Shown: one piece after another, positions 34,993 through 45,939 of the stretch
How the letters are laid out: each line of letters opens with the position of its first letter
Position numbering within the stretch: position 1 is the stretch's first letter
NCBI GenBank assembly: GCA_977017575.1
Contig: CDRNVI010000037.1
Location: 310,001-374,000 of the forward strand
Direction of reading: 5' to 3'
DNA length: 64,000 nucleotides
Origin: Paramoeba atlantica
Lineage: Eukaryota > Protista > Discosea
The notes under the pieces: generated by a model
The model's database searches: none
Told to the model about the DNA's origin: nothing
Seen by the model: only the letters and a program-made list of their open reading frames with translations
Position numbers and translations under genes: made by a program

Positions 34993-36796
34993 CATATGAG
35001 GGGCTGCGGGTGGGGATTCGGTGCGGTCTCGGTGCGGCGTACGCACTTATCTCAGTGCAAGAACAGAAAGTGTGGAATGGGTAGGGGGTGGGGGCAGGGG
35101 CGTAGAAGGCGAAGGCGAGGCTACATGAATCCGGACATTGTTGAAGAGGAAATATTAACAAATATTTACAAATATTAACAAATCTGTACAGTTAGTAACA
35201 AATCTACTAAAAGGAATATACGCGTGAGTTTACCAAAGAAAGGGGTAACCCTGATACACTCATTTATAACTACAAATTAATCACGAGCCTTGAACGTAAA
35301 TCTTTTTCTTTTTGGTGTACACCCCCTAGTCCCACCGGAAGCCTACCCCCTCCCCCCGCCCATAAGTAAATATAATTACGTAGCACACTTACCGGTCGAG
35401 CAGAAAATTTGGTCCACTTTTATTTGGCCCCAACAAATTTGGTCCACATAAATTTTGGTCCGACTTTATTTTTCCTTCCGCGGCTGTCCAAAATACTTTT
35501 TGACTTTATTGTCAGTCGTTTTCAAAGTTTACTAAATTTAGAACTCCTCATTAGAAATTTTTGCTTCTTTCAATCGACACTTCTTTTTTTAGTCTTCGTG
35601 TAATGTCTCAGTCTGTTGAATGGGTGCAGAAAATCTTTGATCAAGAGATTTACTCTACGCATGTAGGGTCATCACTATAACACATATAGTGAGGCAGAAG
35701 TTATAGCAATTTGTGAATTGTGTGTGACACGAAAGGTTGCTAGTATTGTGAGCTACTGGAATAGCACACAAAGCAAAAACAAACTAAAAGTACGGTCCTT
35801 CATTTTCTGGAAAACGAAAAATCTAATAACGATATCAAGCCTCGAGGGAGGCCAGGAAAATATATCTTTTTTGTTTCAATGCACGAAAAATTTGGCCCCA
35901 ATAATTTTGGTCCACATAAATATTGGTCCGACTTTTTTTGCGAGCTCGAAGGACCAAATTAAAAAAATGTCAAATTTTTTGCTCGACCGGCATTTGATTT
36001 TTTAGGCTCATAGGCAACGCCATCTATATTTTCCCTAAGCCACTCTCTGCGGCTTTCGATACCATCAACTACACCGCACCCTTTACTACATAAACACTCA
36101 CCTTCATCGCTTGTAGATTTCGGTTAAAGTAAAGCAAAATTCGCCTTTTTTGCAAAAAAAAATGCTTTACACCCTATCTAGAAATCTACCCTTGCATTTC
36201 TTAATACAGTGCCACACACTATCCTCTAATTCCATTTCTTTTGGTGATGAGTGTGTCCTTTTTCCACAGAAAACCCTTCTCGTGACAAGCCCATGGCATT
36301 GAAGCCACTGCTCGCACTATGCTTCCGTCCGGCGTGATATACGGATGAGGGTGAACTTTCTTCGACAAGCGAACCCCCGACACCCCTGGCATACCATAGA
36401 AAATAACGGAAAAAGGGTATACAATAGTCATATACAATATTATGTACGTAGATAATGTCCTTTTGTCGAAAGGAAAAATGTCAAGCTAAAAAGTCATAAG
36501 AAAAGCGAATTTTCCTTTACTTTCACCTAGATTTCAAACTTAAATTTATAATCGAATCGAAATCATACTGCGGCTGAGTGGGAAACGAACCGAACTATTG
36601 TTAGTAGAAAGGATGAAAATGATTCAGACAAAGAAACAAAGGAAAATATAGCTAGAAGCGTACACCGAATCGGAAATTCCACATAAAAATAATAAACAAA
36701 TGTAAACTTTTTACTCTTTTTATATCTCTCCCCACCGAAAATACTAACCGCGGTCTCGGTGCGGTCTCGGTGGAAGTACCCGCAGCCCCTCATGTG
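34993..36796. mobile_element. Nested TA-flanked TIR element
   Basis: TIR CA(T/C)ATGAGGGGCTGCGGGT (18/19 match), with TA on both sides. Confidence 0.7.
35392..35990. mobile_element. Nested MITE
   Basis: TIR CCGGTCGAGCA(G/A)AAAATTTG and repeated TTGGTCCACATAAA..TTGGTCCGACTTT; no clear TSD. Confidence 0.55.
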
Positions 36797-36868
36797 TAGT
36801 ACTGATCATTTTTTTGTTTTCTTATCAACATGAGCATTCAAGTACAGAGTTGCACACAAGTTAACATA

Positions 36869-37972
36869 CTGTGCGCCCCCCACTTATTTGTCGTAGTCCC
36901 CCCCCCACTTAATTGTCCTTTTTGACGAGACTGGGCAGTAGTTTGGGGGGGGGAGCAATTTTTCCCTACGAACCTCATACATACAGTGTATCAGAACCCG
37001 ATGTCAGTAAGTAGTATTGTTTGTATATACTTTCTACTTCAAGTTTTTCATATCACAATACCTAGCTATGTTTTTTTTCTTTGAAACTTAGTCCACCTCT
37101 TCCACAGAGTTTTGACGCGTCTGTGGCAGTATAAAGAGTTACTCCTGTTGTGCGCGGTTCGCTGGCTTGGTTCCAGGTTCGGTCTATGGCCAATCGGAAA
37201 ATATCCGATTTTCCAGTGTTCCATTGCAAGAGAAGTACGCTAGATAATCTTGAATCCCAATTATGGGCATGCGCCTGACTTGTACATTCGAAGAGGAGTT
37301 CCAGAGCATAATCAACTTCATACAGCGGTTTGCGTGCGATTCTGAGTACCCAAAGGAGCCGTGCAATCCAGCGTACTGCCGTACGAACAGTAAAGTCATC
37401 ATAAGTAGACTTTGGTGTCACCCACGATGAGACCGTTTCACTACGAACTCGCCAAAAAAGAATGTCCTTCTTCCATTCGTATTCAACTCCCAAAAAAATG
37501 GCCTTCAGACTTTCGCAGAATGGTTTTGGTTCTTTCCAGTACGCCTGTAAAATTTTGGAATCCTCCCTGCGAACAACCATTCCCCACCACCACCACTCCC
37601 TTCTTCCCTCACTGCGAACAGTCATTTCCCACCACCATCCCGGTCGTCTCGCCCATGCCGCCTTGATGCTTGGGTTACAATATGGCCTCCTGCCCCACGA
37701 GTCGGTGCTCTATCAAACCCCATACCTTATAGCGGTTTGACAAAAGAAACTACTACTACTATAAACTTTACTAGTACAGGAAAGGTAGAAAAACTACTCA
37801 TACGATAAAGATACCGTTTCTGTAAAGCCAACTTTATCCGAACGCTTTGGAGATTCCGAAAATAATGAAAAAAGTTTGGGACTTTTGTTTCATCTAACCA
37901 AATAAATTGACCCCCCCACTTAATTGTCCTTTTTTTGAAAACGTGGTGACAAATAAGTAGGGGGGGGCACAG
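36869..37972. mobile_element. Nested TA-flanked TIR element carrying a retroelement fragment
   Basis: TA|CTGTGC(G)CCCCC..ACTTATTTGTC ... GACAAATAAGTAGGGGGGGGCACAG|TA. Confidence 0.7.
37062..37625 (-). pseudogene. RT-thumb/RNase H fragment of a DIRS-type (VIPER/TATE-like) retrotransposon
   Basis: AIFLGVEY (RT FLG motif) and LYTATDASKLCGRGG (RNase H TDAS..GxG motif); a stop codon lies upstream. Confidence 0.6.
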
Positions 37973-38289
37973 TACCTGTAACAGCATAACATACCTGTAA
38001 CAGCATAACATACCTGTAACAGCATAACATACCTGTAACACGATAACATACCGGTGGGTATGTTATCCTGTAACACCGTTTAGGTGCAAGATTTTTTGGG
38101 AAAAACAAAGTTTTGTTATTTAAGGGATAACACTTGTTTTGGTAACTTGCATTTAAAAAATCATTTGAAAGTAAATATATAATATAGCGCGCGTAGAATA
38201 ATACATACCTGGTCTGTACCTGGAGATGTACCCCAAGGCTTTACACGATACCGAGTAAAACCACCGAAAAACTCAGTTCGACCAAAGTA

Positions 38290-39057
38290 CACCCCTGGGC
38301 AGCTTCATTTACCCCCCCACAGGTCTTGTATTTTGTTCGATTTCGGAAATATTTGGTATGGGACTGTTTTTCGCTCCGATCGTCTCGAATCCGCGGTCGT
38401 TTTCACTCGAGCGACCTTGATTTGCTCCGAGACCTTAAAATTTTTGTCCAAAAAGTCAATTTTTTTTGCCCACCCTAGAAAAATCTACTTTTTTTCGGGT
38501 TTTTCCTCAATGGTCAAACGGTATCGGGCTTCTTCCCTCCCGAATCAGCGTATTTCACCAGAAAGGCGAACTCTCATCATAGCACGCTACAAGGAACTAA
38601 AATCCCTACGTGCTGTAGCTAATGAGCTCAAAATCTCCAGGAATGGAGTAAGATATTGGGTGCGGCACTTTGAAAAGATGTTTTATCAGGAGTACATGTC
38701 GATAAATTAAGAAATCTATTTAAAGACTTCCGCAAACGACTTAAATTGGTGGTAGAAAAGAAAGGTGATCACATTGGTTATTGAATACGTATTCAGCGTC
38801 TTTTTTGCGTTCTCTAAGCGTGATTTACATTTTTAAAAACGTAAAAAATTATTTAAAAGCAAGAAAAAAATTCAAAAAAAAAAGTGTACACCCTCAAAAA
38901 TTGTCTAGTCATTTTAGTAAAAAAAATATTATTCCAATCATGAAAAGGACCGCGGATTCGAGACGATCGCAGCGAAAAACAGTCCCATACCAAATATTTC
39001 CGAAATCGAACAAAATGCAAGACCTGTAGGGGGGGTAAATGAAGCTGCCCAGGGGTG
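38290..39057 (+). mobile_element. Internally deleted Tc1/mariner element, 768 bp
   Basis: TA|CACCCCTGGGCAGC with a ~115-bp TIR. The HTH N-terminus (MVKRY..SLRAVANELKISRNGVRYWV, from ~38510) is joined to a Tc1 C-terminus in another frame (KLRNLFKDFRKRLKLVVEKKGDHIGY*, ending ~38783). Confidence 0.9.
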
Positions 39058-39261
39058 TATAAAAAAACGTTGCTGTGGACGTAGCTCGGAAAGGTGGGGG
39101 TCGCTAAACCCCAACATTGTGAGATCACGAAAGTATACTGTATATCTAACAATGTCCCTGACCTATAATGTACAAAACACTATGCACAAACGGATCTATA
39201 TACATGTATAAAAGGAGTTAAAAATGAAAAAGAATAGACCAGGTATGACACGCAATTTTTT

Positions 39262-39591
39262 TTACTCTTCCTCACTGGAAAGAGTTTCTTGGCTAGCTTC
39301 AGAAAAGCTGCAGAAACTATCGCTGAGATCATTCATGATTTCAATGTCCTCGCATCCGTAGAAATCGCGGATGCACTCAAGTATATTAATAAAACGCACC
39401 TGCCGTGCTTCTTTGCGCTCTGATTTCCCATACCCGTACTTTACGCATTTCAAGGCCGCATTGCGGCGCAGATCCATTGAAGACATACCATAATTGTAGT
39501 GTTGTTGCTTTATCCAATGTTTGATTGTCCGGTGCGCAGCCTCCGCATGGTTTGTATGATGCCCTTTTAGGGTCACGAATTCTTTCTCCAG
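39262..39591 (-). pseudogene. C-terminal fragment of a Merlin/IS1595 (ISXO2-like) transposase
   Basis: KEFVTLKGHHTNHAEAAHRTIK matches FV...G.HTNxIE..W..LK; the end FINILECIRDFY is also typical. Confidence 0.75.
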
Positions 39592-39876
39592 AAGTGAGCT
39601 TCGCTCACAGTTGGGCCTTGCTCTCAGACGGGGGCTTTTGCCTCCAGAAGTGGGCTTCGCTGGCAGAATCCTAGAAAATTTCGGTGAAAAAAAATCAAAA
39701 CCCGTTCGTTGAATCGTTCAACGAAGTAGAGACATAGCCGATATTTGGCCTTTTTCGCTAAAAAACGATTCCCTTGTGATGGGGGACTATGGTATTTCAT
39801 TGCCAAAGGTCTTGAAACCACCCAAAGCAACAAATTACAAGTAACATTTTTTTTCAGTTTCAAACTCTATTCCTTT

Positions 39877-40545
39877 ATGTTGAGGTTAAACGTTTTAACC
39901 AGCGAATCCCTGTCGATTCGTAAATCTCGCTTAGGAAGAATCGGTCTAAATTCTCAACCTGACGAAATTATGCTATCGATGTTCATACAAGAAATTGAAA
40001 CTCATCATCGCAGTTGGAAATCTTCCTGTTCACCATGTAAATGGAGTGGGGTTGTCTGTAATCCCGAAGGGCAAGTGCGCTCTATGTTTTGGAATGACCA
40101 CAATTTACGAGGATGCAATTTGACTTGGAGGCACCTTCCTCAACAATTGGCATATCTAGACTTGTCGTCTAACAAACTAAGCGGTCCTGTATCACTCGAT
40201 GAATTCCCACGGGACATGCGGGCGATAACTTTATCCAACAATAAATTTACAGGGAACTTAAAGTTTTCTGAGTGCCCTCCAATGTTAAGATCGCTGTATT
40301 TAGACGGGAACAAGTTTCAAGGTATTGTATATATTCATGACCTATCCGAGCACTTATGTCGCATCAACCTCTCAGGGAATTCAGGTCTTTACGGATGGTA
40401 TGATTCAAAAAGGTTACCCGAGGATCTCAATGTCTTTTTGTTAGATGGCACATATATTTTTAAGAAGCCTTCATCTTGGCAATGTTTAACTTTAGTCTGT
40501 GCAATGGGTGCACTTGCTGGAGTCACTACACTATTACGTTTATGA
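39877..40545 (+). CDS. LRR-family protein, paralogue B (mosaic of A and C)
   Basis: 222 aa from the ATG at 39877; near-identical to A at both ends and to C in the middle. Confidence 0.9.
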   Translation: MLRLNVLTSESLSIRKSRLGRIGLNSQPDEIMLSMFIQEIETHHRSWKSSCSPCKWSGVVCNPEGQVRSMFWNDHNLRGCNLTWRHLPQQLAYLDLSSNKLSGPVSLDEFPRDMRAITLSNNKFTGNLKFSECPPMLRSLYLDGNKFQGIVYIHDLSEHLCRINLSGNSGLYGWYDSKRLPEDLNVFLLDGTYIFKKPSSWQCLTLVCAMGALAGVTTLLRL

Positions 40546-40585
40546 CTCCATTCGTAATCGGCTACTGTGCCCTCCCAGTAAGAGA

Positions 40586-41452
40586 TACAAGTTATCGTAA
40601 CAAAAGTCGTGGCAACAAAAGTTGTGTCAACAAAAGTCGTGTTAATGCAAAAAAGGTGGTGAGGAACAAAAGTATGTTAAAAAATAGATTTTGTTTTCTT
40701 TATTTATAAAATAGATGCATATTTGCTCACCCCCCTTGAAGCAAAGGTCTTGGGCGACCTAAATTCCATAGAGACCCCAAAGCAGTACCCTTCTTCCCTA
40801 GAGGAAAAGGTCATGGTGGCACAAATGGCGAAAAGCTTGGGTCCGAGCAAAGCTTCTCGCGAATCGGAAAGAGTTCATGGTACGTTTCATTCAGTTTCCC
40901 TTTTTTCAAAATACTTATCTCACTACAACGAAAGTAAACGTAAAGGTCTACCCGAAAACGAGCGCTACTTTAAATCAAAATCTATGGGAAGGTCCACAAT
41001 ACTCACTGACCTTGAGTAGAAGCTCGTAAGAAAGCGAAGAAAAAAAGTAAGAAAGTATCTCACCCAGAAATTGAAAAACTGAAGAAAATTTCTAGAAGTG
41101 CAACACTCTTAAAACGGTCACCTTTGATAGTCCGAGCGGCTAAAGAGCGCGAGTTCCGCTACAAAATGTCACTCGATTGATTGGTAATTGTCTTTTGTAA
41201 ATTATAATATATTTTTTGGAATCTTCTGTAAATGGGCCCGTGCTCTAATAAATATTTTACTGCGTTTGAAGTTTGCAATTTTCTTTGTGAAATGAGTGAC
41301 TAAATGAAACTTTTCTTCAATGGGCGTGTTTTTTTAGCAAACAGTAAGAATTGGCAAAGTTTTGTAAAAAAGTGAACATATGTTGTGGCAACATAAGTTG
41401 TGTCAACATAAGTCGTGTTAATTAACATGACTTTTGTTGACATAACTTAATT
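40586..41452 (+). mobile_element. Degenerate TIR element with a pogo/CENP-B-like HTH remnant (40723-41180)
   Basis: Ends share AAGTTAT..AACAAAAGTC(G/A)TG in inverted orientation. The ORF remnant MGRSTILTDLE*KLV contains a stop. Confidence 0.45.
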
Positions 41453-41480
41453 TCCCCCCTGTAGTTAATAGAAGAAAACT

Positions 41481-41572
41481 AAACCATGTTCCAGGACAGT
41501 ATACCCATGCCCACTTAGTATACCTACTAGGTATACTAGGTATACCTAGTAGGTATCCTGGAACATGGTTTA
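41481..41572. repeat. ~90-bp palindromic mini-element
   Basis: TAAACCATGTTCCAGGA ... TCCTGGAACATGGTTTA, with an internal TATACCTA(C)TAGGTATA palindrome. Confidence 0.7.
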
Positions 41573-41922
41573 CAGTGCGGAACATTATTACGGGACACCT
41601 TAATTAAGGGACACCCCCTTTCTGGTCAAAAGTGTCCAGTAATTAAGTGTCCCTTAGCTTTGACCTGTGAAATGATCTGTGAAATGTAGTGAGTGATTGT
41701 ACTAAAGGTTCTGTTGCTATATTTTTTGTTATTTTTATACACTGCTTATTTGGGCGTGTAAAACTGTTTTGCGGAGAATACGCCGGCCTAGCCCGATCCT
41801 ACACACTTCGTTCCAGGAAGTGGGAGCGAAACTCACTCCAAGACCCAAGTGTTCCGTAATTGAGTTGTCCCGTAATTAACGTGTCCCGTAATTAACGTGT
41901 CCCGTAACAAAATCCCGCACTG
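41573..41922. mobile_element. MITE, Tc1/mariner (pogo-like)
   Basis: TA|CAGTGCGG..TTACGGGACAC ... GTGTCCCGTAAC..CCGCACTG|TA, with subterminal GTGTCCCGTAATTAAC repeats. Confidence 0.8.
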
Positions 41923-42065
41923 TATATTTGGCCTTTTTCGCCCAAAACCGATTCCCTTACCGTGGGGGACTACGAGTATTTCATGGCCAAAGGTCTTGAA
42001 ACTACCTATACACAAGGCAACAAATTGCAAGTAACATTTTTTTCAGTTTCAAATTATATTCCTTT

Positions 42066-42734
42066 ATGTTGAGGTTTAACGTTTTAACCAGAGAATCCCC
42101 ACTGATTCGTAAATCTCGCTTAGGAAGAGTCGGTCTAAATTCTCAACCTGACGAAATTATACTATCGATGTTCATACAAAAAATACGAACCTACCATCAC
42201 AGTTGGAGCTCTTCCTGTCCACCGTGTAAATGGAGTGGGGTTGTCTGTAATCCCGAAGAGCAAGTGCGCTCTATGTTTTGGAATGACCACAATTTACGAG
42301 GATGCAATTTGACTTGGAGGCACCTTCCTCAACAATTGGCATATCTAGACTTGTCGTCTAACAAACTAAGCGGTCCTGTATCACTCGATGAATTCCCACG
42401 GGACATGCGGGCGATAACTTTATCCAACAATAAATTTACAGGGAACTTAAAGTTTTCTGAGTGCCCTCCAATGTTAAGATCGCTGTATTTAGACGGGAAC
42501 AAGTTTCAAGGTATTGTATATATTCATGACCTATCCGAGCACTTATGTCGCATCAACCTCTCAGGGAATTCAGGTCTTTACGGATGGTATGATTCAAAAA
42601 GGTTACCCGAGGATCTCAATGTCTTTTTGTTAGATGGCACATATATTTTTAAGAAGCCTTCATCTGAGCAATGTTTAACTTTTGCCTGTGCAATGGGTGC
42701 ACTTGCTGGAGTCACTACGCTATTACGTTTATAA
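42066..42734 (+). CDS. LRR-family protein, paralogue C
   Basis: 222 aa, with the same architecture as A and B. Confidence 0.9.
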   Translation: MLRFNVLTRESPLIRKSRLGRVGLNSQPDEIILSMFIQKIRTYHHSWSSSCPPCKWSGVVCNPEEQVRSMFWNDHNLRGCNLTWRHLPQQLAYLDLSSNKLSGPVSLDEFPRDMRAITLSNNKFTGNLKFSECPPMLRSLYLDGNKFQGIVYIHDLSEHLCRINLSGNSGLYGWYDSKRLPEDLNVFLLDGTYIFKKPSSEQCLTFACAMGALAGVTTLLRL

Positions 42735-43134
42735 CACCACATCCATTTTTGTTTTTTGATATGTTATCTAATTACTTCTCCGCTACTTAGGAGTGCGCCG
42801 ACTATGGACGCTTGGATTCTTAAATAGGGTGGAGGGGTCGAGCTAAGAAAAAAATATCTTTGATCTACAAAACCGAACCCATAAGTAAATAGGACTCTTA
42901 AGTAGGGGGCGAAGAGGGTCGAAATGATTTCGCAGATCAAGACGGTGATAATAGTGTGAACAATGAAAAGCGAAAGTGTCTTTGTGAAAGCTAACCGTCA
43001 GGGGAGTTTTTGATTTTAATACATGCAACTCTAATCTGTGACTCTTTAACCTGCTATCTCTCAATATTTTTAATATTGCTTCCGAATGTAACGGGATTTG
43101 TGGGCTTGTTCTTCAGATTATTTATTCGTACATT

Positions 43135-45939
43135 ATGTCTCACTCGGGACCTACAGTTGACTTTCTGATTCCCCCACGCCATGAGTTGCGTGTGCACTGC
43201 GACATCAATACTCTCCCATTAGGACCCCACTGTTTCTCATTCCACAAAAGCGAGACACATCAAAGCCATAATTCCTCTAAATCAATCGATCGTCCCGCAA
43301 ATGAAAGTGTTAAAACTTTATCACATCTCCAAAAGAACACGCCTGCCTCCGGAAGCACGGAGCTACGAGAGTATGCAGCTGATTACATTGCCCCTGCCTT
43401 ACATCTGACCATTCTAAAACCACGACGCAGTGCGCATTCATCCTCTATCGGAAACCCCCAAAAAACGACAGAAGATGATGACTACTCCTCCTGGGCGGAA
43501 AACGAAGACACTGTCTCTTCTCCACGCTGCGCAACCCAACAACAAACCAAAGCTGCTGGATTAAAAAAACGACCCCATGAAAAAGAAAGATCAGCCTCTG
43601 TTTCTTCTCTCCCCAAGACTTCGGTTTCTTCTTCTGTTTCTTCTTCTCCAGCCTCTCCCAGCTCTTCTTTATTCTCCACGGCCGAAATTTTCGGTGCCGA
43701 GCTGTTTCTCCAACACCGCTATCTTTTCTCCTGTGAGTGTTCCCACCTTGGGGTGTATTCCCCGACAGGGTGTGTGGCGCGTGTAGGGCTCACGACCCCC
43801 TACCCCACCCCGCGCTCCCTCTTTGGGGAAAAACAACAACGAGAGACCCACCCCTTAGATCCACGAAATTTTTGTGCCGTCCTCCCGCATTCCGACACGC
43901 CTGTGTTTGTGGATCTCCACAGTGTGTTGCACAGTGCCCGAAGACGCGCCCAGCAAGGGGAGGAAAAAGCAAAAGGGCTGGCTTCGCTGGCCTCGTTTGC
44001 GGTGGTGGGAAAGGAAAGGGAAAAACAAAAGGAAAAGGTACCCAGGAGGGAAAGGATGATCCAGGAGGATGAAGGAAATGAAGAAACTACACGAAAAAGT
44101 GTAACGCAAACGGTTTCATCAAGTTTTGGATCGATCTCCTCGAATGCGAATGTTTCTTCTATTTCTACAAATCTAACATCTTCATCCTCTGCTCCATTCT
44201 GTGGTCCACGCGTGATGATTTGTGGAAGTCCATGCAGCGGGAAACGAACCCTCTCACAAGCTTTACTCAACTACGGTGTTCGCGCGGGATATCCTTTGAC
44301 CTATGTCGACCTTGACCCCTCCCACCCGCTTTTAGGATTGCCCGAAAGCATGAGCGTAAGTCATCTTAACGCGACACTTCACCCCAGTCGTATTTTTACG
44401 CATTCTCCTGCATTTTCTGTTTTCTATGGATTTGCACATCCACAGGGAAATTGGTCGTTTTATGTGCAGTGTGTTCGTCGACTGGCATCCGTTACGCGGC
44501 AATATTTTGTAAAACATGCAAAAGAAAAGGAGAGATGGGGAGGTCTTGTGGTGCGCATTCCGTCATTGGATCTTTCCACTCCGTTAGAGGATGAGGAAAA
44601 GCATTCCTCTATTTCTGGATTGAGATCGGCAATTTCCGAAACAGAAGAGTCTCCTCCAGCAATTGACTTTTCTGCCCCCCTCACGGTGCGGTCATTTCTC
44701 TCGTTAGTCCTTCACAGTTTTGATATTGACACGGTTTTTTGTGTGGGCAATGAACAACTGATACATGAGGTAAAGCGATGCTCACCTAAACCCGTACGTA
44801 ACGTTCTGGACTCGGCAAACGCATCCAATGCCTCCGTGTCTTTACCTGAAACGGAAGAGGACTTTTCTCTCCAGAATATGCTCTATCAGGACCACTGCGT
44901 AAATCCCAACGGGATGACTGATATTTCGCTTTATGCCGTCGAGCCTCTTCGTGGACGTCATGTTCCTTGTGACGTTCGTGAAAAAACATCGGAGGGAGCG
45001 TATCCGCAAGAATCGGATCAAAACACATCTCTTTTTTCACCCTTTGTGTTGGAAGAGGGAAGGACAGCTTCATCTACTCCCCCCAGTCTTCCTCTTCTAC
45101 CCTCGGGGAAACCATCACAAGTCCTTCCGCTTTCTATTCTTAAACCTCATCTCTCTCGCATTTATGACACGATGGGACTCGTCACTGTCCCGACAGTGAA
45201 TGGAACACTTTACTATCCCAGTTCCATCATCTCGTTTCTTCGTAAATATTTTTACGGCACCTTACGATGGAGCAAAGAGAAAAAAATAGCAAAGGATACA
45301 ATCAAAGTGGAAAAGGACTCAAAAATAGAGGAACAATCACAACCACAGTTTATTTCTCAGGGAAAGCATGCGTTATCTAGGACAGAAAAGTCTCATCTGG
45401 ATTCTGATCGCCTTCTGTCGTGTATATTTTGTGCTCACTCTCATCTCCGTACCCTTTCGAGTTTTTCTCATCGATTGGTTCGAGTTGGAGCGTCTCATCG
45501 GTTAGATTCAATTGAGGGGATTCTTCCTCTTGGTGAGACCTCCTTGCTCGAGGCGATTGGAGTAGAAGAGATCTCGGCGTTTAGTGTAAATCTAATGGGA
45601 CGAATCCTCTCGTTTGTGCAGGTAAAACGGGAGGAAGGATCTTCCAAGCGAAAGAAACGTGAAAATATGGATAAACCATCATCTTCCGAGTTACAAAGTT
45701 CAGCCACGAAATCAGAGATTCGAACTGACACAGACCTCACCTTATGTGAAGACAGAGAAGACAAAATGGTCTCTCTCGAAGGTTTTTCTCAACGCCTGCG
45801 AAATTCCCGAGTGTTGGGGTATGGATACATCACAGGTGTTGATCTCTCAAGCCAGAGTTTGGAGATTATCACAGCTTTCCCAAGTTGGCCTGGATATTCG
45901 GACGTGTATTATTTGGTCGGGGAAAGGAATTATTTATAA
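43135..45939 (+). CDS. CLP1: CLP1 polyribonucleotide 5'-kinase / mRNA 3'-end cleavage factor, with long insertions
   Basis: AEIFGAEL N-domain, PRVMICGSPCSGKRTLSQALLNYGVRAG P-loop, TYVDLDP, and C-terminal VLGYGYITGVD. Confidence 0.88.
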   Translation: MSHSGPTVDFLIPPRHELRVHCDINTLPLGPHCFSFHKSETHQSHNSSKSIDRPANESVKTLSHLQKNTPASGSTELREYAADYIAPALHLTILKPRRSAHSSSIGNPQKTTEDDDYSSWAENEDTVSSPRCATQQQTKAAGLKKRPHEKERSASVSSLPKTSVSSSVSSSPASPSSSLFSTAEIFGAELFLQHRYLFSCECSHLGVYSPTGCVARVGLTTPYPTPRSLFGEKQQRETHPLDPRNFCAVLPHSDTPVFVDLHSVLHSARRRAQQGEEKAKGLASLASFAVVGKEREKQKEKVPRRERMIQEDEGNEETTRKSVTQTVSSSFGSISSNANVSSISTNLTSSSSAPFCGPRVMICGSPCSGKRTLSQALLNYGVRAGYPLTYVDLDPSHPLLGLPESMSVSHLNATLHPSRIFTHSPAFSVFYGFAHPQGNWSFYVQCVRRLASVTRQYFVKHAKEKERWGGLVVRIPSLDLSTPLEDEEKHSSISGLRSAISETEESPPAIDFSAPLTVRSFLSLVLHSFDIDTVFCVGNEQLIHEVKRCSPKPVRNVLDSANASNASVSLPETEEDFSLQNMLYQDHCVNPNGMTDISLYAVEPLRGRHVPCDVREKTSEGAYPQESDQNTSLFSPFVLEEGRTASSTPPSLPLLPSGKPSQVLPLSILKPHLSRIYDTMGLVTVPTVNGTLYYPSSIISFLRKYFYGTLRWSKEKKIAKDTIKVEKDSKIEEQSQPQFISQGKHALSRTEKSHLDSDRLLSCIFCAHSHLRTLSSFSHRLVRVGASHRLDSIEGILPLGETSLLEAIGVEEISAFSVNLMGRILSFVQVKREEGSSKRKKRENMDKPSSSELQSSATKSEIRTDTDLTLCEDREDKMVSLEGFSQRLRNSRVLGYGYITGVDLSSQSLEIITAFPSWPGYSDVYYLVGERNYL

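Larger units (their letters stand above)
34856..38080. mobile_element. AACGG-ended TA element enclosing nested insertions
   Basis: TA|AACGG ... CCGTT|TA; both arms carry (G)ATAACATACC(TGTAAC) repeats. Related to the 5342-5707 MITE. Confidence 0.55.

Noticed and set aside
36219-36437. 72-aa minus-strand ORF as a small gene
   Set aside because: It lies inside nested transposon DNA, on the non-gene strand, with no motif recognised.
37975-38050. 19-bp tandem repeat as CRISPR or telomere
   Set aside because: Direct tandem copies without spacers, forming a subterminal transposon arm; not a TTAGGG-type repeat.
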